Of a stretch of DNA of 64,000 nt, positions 58,019 through 64,000 are shown piece by piece. The stretch covers positions 1,504,001 to 1,568,000 of the forward strand of contig CBDBCY010000004.1 in NCBI GenBank assembly GCA_965203555.1. Direction: 5' to 3'. Each line of letters starts with the position of its first letter. The first letter of the stretch is position 1. The DNA comes from Acidimicrobiia bacterium (lineage in GTDB: Bacteria > Actinomycetota > Acidimicrobiia > Spongiisociales > ZC4RG35). Made by a program: the position numbers and the translations under genes. Below the pieces are notes generated by a model that did not search any database, had not been told where the DNA came from, and saw nothing but the letters and a program-made list of their open reading frames with translations.

Positions 58019-58375
58019 ATGGGCGTTTTCAACTGGCCCATCCGGCTGGACAGCATGGACGGCCAACGGTCGCTGGAGATAGAGGCGATGGTGGACACCG
58101 GCGCCAGCTACACCATCGTACCCGCCCATCTGCTGAAGGACCTGGGCGTGTCGCCCATGGACGAGATCAGCCTGGTGCTGGCCGACGGGCGGCCCGTGGA
58201 ATATGACATCGGAGAGGCACGCGCCACCATCAACGGGAGGAGCATTCCCACCCTGGTGGTCTTCGGAGAGAACAACGCCCGCGCCCTGCTGGGAGCGTAC
58301 ACACTGGAAGGGCTACGCTTGGCGGTGGACCCGATCCACGGCAGGCTGATCCCAGCCACCACCGCCTGGGCGTAG
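58019..58375 (+). CDS. Retropepsin-like clan AA aspartic protease (single domain)
   Basis: Motifs VDTGASYT, LADGR, ALLGAYTLE; GAGGAGG SD. Confidence 0.88.
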   Translation: MGVFNWPIRLDSMDGQRSLEIEAMVDTGASYTIVPAHLLKDLGVSPMDEISLVLADGRPVEYDIGEARATINGRSIPTLVVFGENNARALLGAYTLEGLRLAVDPIHGRLIPATTAWA

Positions 58376-58704
58376 GCGCCAGGAGAAACAGAACGCCCTT
58401 GCCTCGTCTTCAACGGCGGCTTCTACCCGGGAGCCGGCCCCAACAACTCCACAGCGTTCCCGACATAATCGGTCGCGATGATGGGGTAGCTATCCGCTCG
58501 TCCCGGGCTCCTTGGTGGCGGGTATGGTGATTCAATCTCGAAGCGCTCCGGATCAGAAGCCGCGAACCGCTGGGCAACGCGGTTAATCTGGAACAGCAAC
58601 AAAGCAGAGCGCGGGCCGGGGATGGGAGCGGTTCTTGCCATCCTGCGGGTGCTTTGAACAGTAAGGAAGTTGCCAACCCGAAACTCGGGAAGGAGTCTTG
58701 ACTG

Positions 58705-59781
58705 ATGGTCAACCCGAATGCGGAACTCGGGAGCGCCCCATTGCCTTCCCCGTTTCCCGAGGGCTGGTACTTCGTAGCAAGCCGTGAGGTCGTGCTGAAG
58801 GCCAAGCTCATCGAGAAAATCTGGATGGGAGAGGACATCGTCATCTGGTGTGACGAGAACGGGAGTGTCTGTGTGGCCGAGGCCATTTGCCCGCACCTCG
58901 GCTCCGACCTGAGACCCTCCGCTGGCGGCCGCGTATGCGACGGCCGACTCGTCTGTCCCTTTCATGGCTTCGAGTTCGACACGTCCGGCGAATGCGTCGC
59001 AACGCCCTACGCAAAACCGCCCCGGTCGGCGTGGTTACGAGTGTTCGAGACCCAGGAGGTCGCCGGACTGATCTTCGCTTGGTGGGGGATAGAGGGACGG
59101 GCGCCGCAATGGACTCTGCCCACCGATTCGGCCGACCAAGCCGGTTGGAGCCGGCTTGAGATAAGCACCATGCGCTTTCCCGGCCATCCCCAGGAGACAA
59201 CGGAGAACTCCGTGGACTTGGGCCACCTGCGCTACGTCCATGGCTATGGCAGCGTGAAGCGCCCCGAACGAGCCTCGGTAAAGGGGCCCCGTTTCGAGAG
59301 CAATTTCGACTTCAGAAGAACCCAGCAGATAGCCGGACTTGTAAAGTTGACCTTCGACGTCTCCGCTCGCACCAGTATCTTTGGGCTGGGCTACTCGTTT
59401 GTCGAGATTCGAGAGCACTCGGTCGGAATGGACATGCGCCTGTGGGTACTGGCCACACCGGTGGACGGCACCCTGATCGACCTTTCGCTGGTTTCGCAGG
59501 TCCGAGAGATTCGCCAGCCGAAGCGCTGGACTGTAGGAATGGGGTTTCTTCCGGTGAGGTTACGCGCTCCGATAGTGAACAAGTTCATGGCCGCTCTCCA
59601 ACGGCACGACGTTCGACAGGATTTGATCATCTGGAGAAGCAAGCGGTATCTGCCCCGCCCACGCCTCTGCCGTTCCGACGGCGAGGTGATGACATATAGA
59701 CGCTATTGCGCCCAGTTCTATCCCGACTCAGAGAATTCAGCGACTCCGGTCCATGTCAAAACTGGGGGTACTGGACGATGA
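58705..59781 (+). CDS. Rieske non-heme iron oxygenase (KshA/Neverland-like)
   Basis: FPEGWY, Rieske CPHLG...CPFHG, iron site ENSVDLGHLRYVH, QDLIIW..K.Y. Confidence 0.9.
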   Translation: MVNPNAELGSAPLPSPFPEGWYFVASREVVLKAKLIEKIWMGEDIVIWCDENGSVCVAEAICPHLGSDLRPSAGGRVCDGRLVCPFHGFEFDTSGECVATPYAKPPRSAWLRVFETQEVAGLIFAWWGIEGRAPQWTLPTDSADQAGWSRLEISTMRFPGHPQETTENSVDLGHLRYVHGYGSVKRPERASVKGPRFESNFDFRRTQQIAGLVKLTFDVSARTSIFGLGYSFVEIREHSVGMDMRLWVLATPVDGTLIDLSLVSQVREIRQPKRWTVGMGFLPVRLRAPIVNKFMAALQRHDVRQDLIIWRSKRYLPRPRLCRSDGEVMTYRRYCAQFYPDSENSATPVHVKTGGTGR

Positions 59782-59832
59782 ACGTTCAGCCCGGCTGCGA
59801 GTACCTCGGGGCAACCCCCTGAGCTATCGAAA

Positions 59833-62316
59833 ATGAGAGAATATGCCATGAGCAGGACACTCGATTGGCTACGCCGGATGATCACCTGTTACCCGTGGGT
59901 CACTATCGGGGTCCTCCTCTTGGTCACGGTTGCCCTGGGCGCAGGGTCGACCTACCGCGCAGAGCCTCCGGAGACCTCCGAAACTCTTCCCCGGGGAAGC
60001 GCCGTCGCCAAAGCCCTGGATGAGATTGAACAACTCTTCGGGGACTCCGGCGAGGCCCACGTTGCGACGCTCATCTTCCGCGGAGAGGCGCTCACGCCCG
60101 AGGGACTCTCGCAGATGGACAGCCTGATTGGCGACATCCTCACCGATGCGAGCGTCGCAGCATTGCTAGCGCCCACTGAATCTGTCTTCGCTCCTTCATT
60201 GCTGGTCAAGTTCGCACTCGGGATAGACGCCTTCGAGTCGGTCACACAAGCAGAGATCGATTCCGTCCGCAACGTCCCGGGGACCGGGGAGGCGCTCGAC
60301 GCCATGACTGGAACCGACACGGACGGGACGCTGATCGCCATTGCCACCGTCAATCTGGTGGACACTAACGACGAGCGAATCAATGCCGCCTCGCGGAAGA
60401 TCCACGATTTTGCAGAAGAAGCCGCCGGCCCCCTGCAGGTGAGCAGTATTTCGCCGGTGGTGATTGAGGATGAGTACAAAAAAGCTACCGAGGAGGGGAT
60501 GGCGCCACTGGTAGGAGTGGCGTTCCTGTTGATTACGGCCCTGATTCTGGTCTTCATGCGCACGGTCTCAGATATGCTGCTCACGCTGGGAGGACTGTTC
60601 CTGTCGATTATCTGGATCACCGGGACGGAAGGATGGCTCGGGCCGAACGCGCTGGGTCTTATCGGCCCTCCGAATTCCCTCACCACCATGGTGCCGATCA
60701 TCCTGATAGGCCTCACGGTGGACTATGCGATCCAGATCATCTCGCACTACCGCGAGCAGCGTCTTGCCGGCCTGCAAGTGATGGGTGCTGTCCAAACGGG
60801 ACTGCGACACGTCACGATGCCGCTTACACTTGCCGCCGTCACCACGATTGTGAGCCTGCTGGTTAGCCTGTTCTCCCCAATCGGAATAGTCAACGACTTC
60901 GGCGTAATCGCGGGGATGGGTGTGGGGATGAGCCTGCTGGTGATGCTGACCCTGATTCCGGCTGGACGGACGATCATCGACCGCAGGCGGGCGGCGCGGG
61001 GCAAGTTGAACGATCCCCACCCAATCTCCAACGCCCTGCCTGGCGTAAGCCGGATGGCGGGATTGCTGGGAAAAAGCGTTACCCGAAGACCCACGCCCTA
61101 CATCGTCGGTGTGCTCATAGTGACAGTCGGACTCGGATTCGCGGCCACCGATCTCGAGTCGGAATTCAGCATCCGGGACATCCTCCCGAGAGGTGGAGGG
61201 ATACTGCAGGATATGAACACACTCGATGCGGCTGTCGGAGGTTCAACGGAGATGTACAGCGTTCTGGTGAAAGCCGAAGCCACGGAAACTCGCACGCTTC
61301 TCAACCTACGCGACCTCACAGCCGCCTTTGAGAGTCCAACACTCCGCCCAGGAGCGGCTTCAGGACCGATCCAGACATCGTATGACTTGGTTGTATACGA
61401 CTGGACCAACGACAGTGGGGAACCGGGGGACAAATACGACCCCGAGCTGGCAGCGCTACTCCGGGAAGCCTCTGCCGGGGTGGGAATTGATGCACAAATG
61501 ATGCAGGAGTTGCTTGACAGGATCGAAGCGATGGATCCCGTCTTGGGGAGCATGCTGGTCAACGATCCCTATGGTGTCGATGCCATGCTGATCCAATTCC
61601 CTGCTTTTGCAGGCGCTAACGAGCAGGCGAGGAAAACCCAGCAAGAGCTTGAGGAACTCTGGTTAGGTGACGACGACGCCCTGACGGCGACTTCCTCCAG
61701 CATCATTTCCTTTACCGTTACCGACGCCATTACAGAGCAACAGAGCGAGGCCATCAGCACCACCATCGCGGCAGCTTTAACTGTGCTCGCGCTCTTCTTT
61801 TGGGTGACGGTTCGCCAGCCGGCGCTGGGATTCATTGCTGTGTTCCCGATATTGCTCGTACTCATATCGGTGCTGGGCACTATGGCGCTGCTGGATATCC
61901 CTTATACAATCATCACGTCTATCATCACGGCGCTCTCGATCGGAATCGGGGTTGATTACACCATTCATGTGATCCACCGCTATCGCGAGGAGTACTCACT
62001 AGCGCGCAACCCGGAGCAGGCCGCAATCCGGACGCTCTCTGTCACAGGTTCGGCACTGCTGGGTTCTGCCTTGACGACAGCGCTCGGGCTCGGAGTGCTG
62101 GTGTTCTCGCCATTGGCCGCATCCCAGCAGTTCGCCATTACTGCCGCCATTACGATCGCATACTCGCTGATAGTCTCCCTCGTGTTGGTGCCTCCCGCCA
62201 TGACGGTCTGGGGCGCCTACCAGAATGTGCGACTGCGTTCGAGGATGCAACGCTGGGAGAGCGAGCTTGACGAGCTTGACGAGACGCTCGATGCCGTGTA
62301 TGAGCGTTACGAATAG
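59833..62316 (+). CDS. MMPL/RND family transporter
   Basis: Two TM repeats with GLTVDYAIQI..HYRE and GIGVDYTIHVIHRYREE. Confidence 0.9.
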   Translation: MREYAMSRTLDWLRRMITCYPWVTIGVLLLVTVALGAGSTYRAEPPETSETLPRGSAVAKALDEIEQLFGDSGEAHVATLIFRGEALTPEGLSQMDSLIGDILTDASVAALLAPTESVFAPSLLVKFALGIDAFESVTQAEIDSVRNVPGTGEALDAMTGTDTDGTLIAIATVNLVDTNDERINAASRKIHDFAEEAAGPLQVSSISPVVIEDEYKKATEEGMAPLVGVAFLLITALILVFMRTVSDMLLTLGGLFLSIIWITGTEGWLGPNALGLIGPPNSLTTMVPIILIGLTVDYAIQIISHYREQRLAGLQVMGAVQTGLRHVTMPLTLAAVTTIVSLLVSLFSPIGIVNDFGVIAGMGVGMSLLVMLTLIPAGRTIIDRRRAARGKLNDPHPISNALPGVSRMAGLLGKSVTRRPTPYIVGVLIVTVGLGFAATDLESEFSIRDILPRGGGILQDMNTLDAAVGGSTEMYSVLVKAEATETRTLLNLRDLTAAFESPTLRPGAASGPIQTSYDLVVYDWTNDSGEPGDKYDPELAALLREASAGVGIDAQMMQELLDRIEAMDPVLGSMLVNDPYGVDAMLIQFPAFAGANEQARKTQQELEELWLGDDDALTATSSSIISFTVTDAITEQQSEAISTTIAAALTVLALFFWVTVRQPALGFIAVFPILLVLISVLGTMALLDIPYTIITSIITALSIGIGVDYTIHVIHRYREEYSLARNPEQAAIRTLSVTGSALLGSALTTALGLGVLVFSPLAASQQFAITAAITIAYSLIVSLVLVPPAMTVWGAYQNVRLRSRMQRWESELDELDETLDAVYERYE

Positions 62317-62495
62317 GAACACCTTCGCTTTTGTATACCCAGCGAGGAGGCTGGCGCAGTACGCTTGCGGACCTGGTCATACGAGGCTTTAGAGCACACC
62401 GCCCCATTGACCACCTCTGTGACAGGTTGGCCCATGTCTTTAGGGTGATAGTTGCCCTCCACCTCAATAGTATGGAGAAAATCGAGCAAGGCGCG

Positions 62496-64000
62496 TCAGG
62501 CGGGTAACTCGTGCCTTTGCTCTGCGATGTGAAAGTTTAGTTTCTTGCTCGGTTTCATGGACGGCAACGGGCTGAACTTGAGCTTGTAATTGGAGGGGGC
62601 CACCTCCAGTGTGAAATAGCGCGCCACCATGAGCACATTGACGGTCAGTTGCAGTTCCATCCACCGGGATCCCAGGCATTTGTGGGTACCCAGCCCGTAC
62701 GGCGCGTACCCGGGGCTATGGTGCTCAAGACGCGGAGGCAGATATCGATCGATGTCGAATTTGAAGGGATCCGGAAAGACGTCCTCCATATAGTGGGCGG
62801 CTGTCTGTGCTATGAGAATCCGTGATCCCACCGGCAATTCATATCCCCCGACCAGACAGGTGTTCATGACGTTTCGCATGGACATCGGAACGATCGGATA
62901 TATGCGTAGGGATTCCATCATGAGGCGGTGAGTGACGTCAATATTGGACGGTTTGAAATCCCGGCCATCCGGATCGCCCCTGTCGAATAACGCGTCAGCC
63001 TCTCGCTGGACTCCGGTCTGTAAATCCGGCTGTGACGCCATGGCGTATAACGCGAAGCTGACAGCATCGCCAAGGTACACGCTGGCGATCAGCGCCGCTG
63101 AAAAGGCGAATCGCAGATTCGACTCCGGAACGAACTGCGGGTCGCTGGCATGCAGGCTCAGAAAGTCATCGGCAAGATCCCGCGCGCGCCCGGCCCGTTG
63201 AGCAGGTGTGTGCCCGCCTTGGACCCGTTCCAGCAACGTCTCGACGGCTTTCGCCCGGCGTCTCATCCCCGGAGTTTTCAGCATGAACTTGGGCAAGATC
63301 TTCACGATATGAGTGTTGAGCGCTCTCTCCTTGTACGTCATCAGGTCGTCGATGATGTCCTGAGAATCGACACTGACTGAAAGCGGCGAGATCTGGGCGT
63401 TAACCAGTCGCCTGCACATGCCGGTCGCAGGGTAGGAGTCTCCGACCTTCCAAGTCGCCATATGGTTGCGCGTATAACCATAGAGTTGGTCCAACTGACC
63501 CGCCAGCCTCCTGCGAGAATACGCCGGCGCCATGGACTTGCGGAGCCGGAAGTGATCGGCGCCGTCCAGGGAAGGCAGTACTCCGTTTGCGCCATAGACC
63601 TTCTCGAAGTCACTGAAGTAATCCTTGGCTCTCAGGTACATGCGCCCGCGCCGATGCACCCACTGATTCATCTCGGGCCCGGCCAGGAAGATCATGGGAT
63701 CGGCGAACGGGGGGCGGAGTTCGAACACCGGACCGTACTCTTTCGCCAAATCCGCGAAGAGTGCGGGGACGTTGCCGTTGCGAATATGCGGACTGAGCAG
63801 CAGCTTGCGCAGGGGAACAACCGGAATCTTCTTGGTCAGGGCGGAACGTCGAAGCATCGGTCCGGCCAGGTTGTGGGAGACCGCGGCGGCGATCGACCGT
63901 CCGAGCAGATCCATGTTGCAGATGAACTCGATGCGCTTTTCCGCCTCGTCGTCGAGTGGAAACATGAAGCGAAAGACGTCGCAGGTGTTGACCAGACAGA
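62496..64000 (-). CDS. Cytochrome P450 with N-terminal extension, 5' end off the window
   Basis: ESLR (ExxR), DPFKFDIDRY, YGLGTHKCLG. The frame stays open upstream of ATG 63965 to the window edge. Confidence 0.88.
   Translation of the reverse strand, partial: CLVNTCDVFRFMFPLDDEAEKRIEFICNMDLLGRSIAAAVSHNLAGPMLRRSALTKKIPVVPLRKLLLSPHIRNGNVPALFADLAKEYGPVFELRPPFADPMIFLAGPEMNQWVHRRGRMYLRAKDYFSDFEKVYGANGVLPSLDGADHFRLRKSMAPAYSRRRLAGQLDQLYGYTRNHMATWKVGDSYPATGMCRRLVNAQISPLSVSVDSQDIIDDLMTYKERALNTHIVKILPKFMLKTPGMRRRAKAVETLLERVQGGHTPAQRAGRARDLADDFLSLHASDPQFVPESNLRFAFSAALIASVYLGDAVSFALYAMASQPDLQTGVQREADALFDRGDPDGRDFKPSNIDVTHRLMMESLRIYPIVPMSMRNVMNTCLVGGYELPVGSRILIAQTAAHYMEDVFPDPFKFDIDRYLPPRLEHHSPGYAPYGLGTHKCLGSRWMELQLTVNVLMVARYFTLEVAPSNYKLKFSPLPSMKPSKKLNFHIAEQRHELPA

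Overview
High-GC, gene-dense bacterial chromosomal segment. It is most likely actinobacterial (Acidimicrobiia-like), inferred from Thr/Ala/Pro-linker lipoproteins, an F420-type LLM enzyme, MMPL transporters and CYP125-like P450 chemistry. About 56 CDS; no rRNA, tRNA, CRISPR array, transposase or integrase recognised. From left to right: an LCP protein, a thioesterase, a GATase and a divergent PurL lacking its active-site His; a sugar ABC importer with aldolase and dehydrogenase; a Schlafen/AlbA-HATPase-HTH gene with a frameshifted tail; a roughly 20 kb unusual catabolic neighbourhood (4-OT, isochorismatase-VOC fusion, enolase-superfamily enzyme, opine dehydrogenase, orphan dipicolinate synthase A homolog, cyclic amidohydrolase, creatinase-like M24, RibD-C, two deaminases, and a NitT/TauT ABC importer whose binding protein is an almost perfect internal duplication). 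This neighbourhood is interrupted by an islet of a 95-bp AT-rich tandem repeat, an AAA+ ATPase-wHTH and a PD-(D/E)XK nuclease. Further right are tandem ybdK paralogs, an orphan MNT with a probable HEPN remnant, housekeeping and lipid genes, a Liv-type ABC importer with an SBP-permease fusion, a HigBA-type TA pair, and a lipid/sterol-oxidation region (MpaB/Lcp-like oxygenase, two MMPLs, a Rieske oxygenase and two P450s with non-canonical I-helices). Two genes appear to need ATT or ATC start codons. All family assignments come from motif recognition by eye; no database searches were run.
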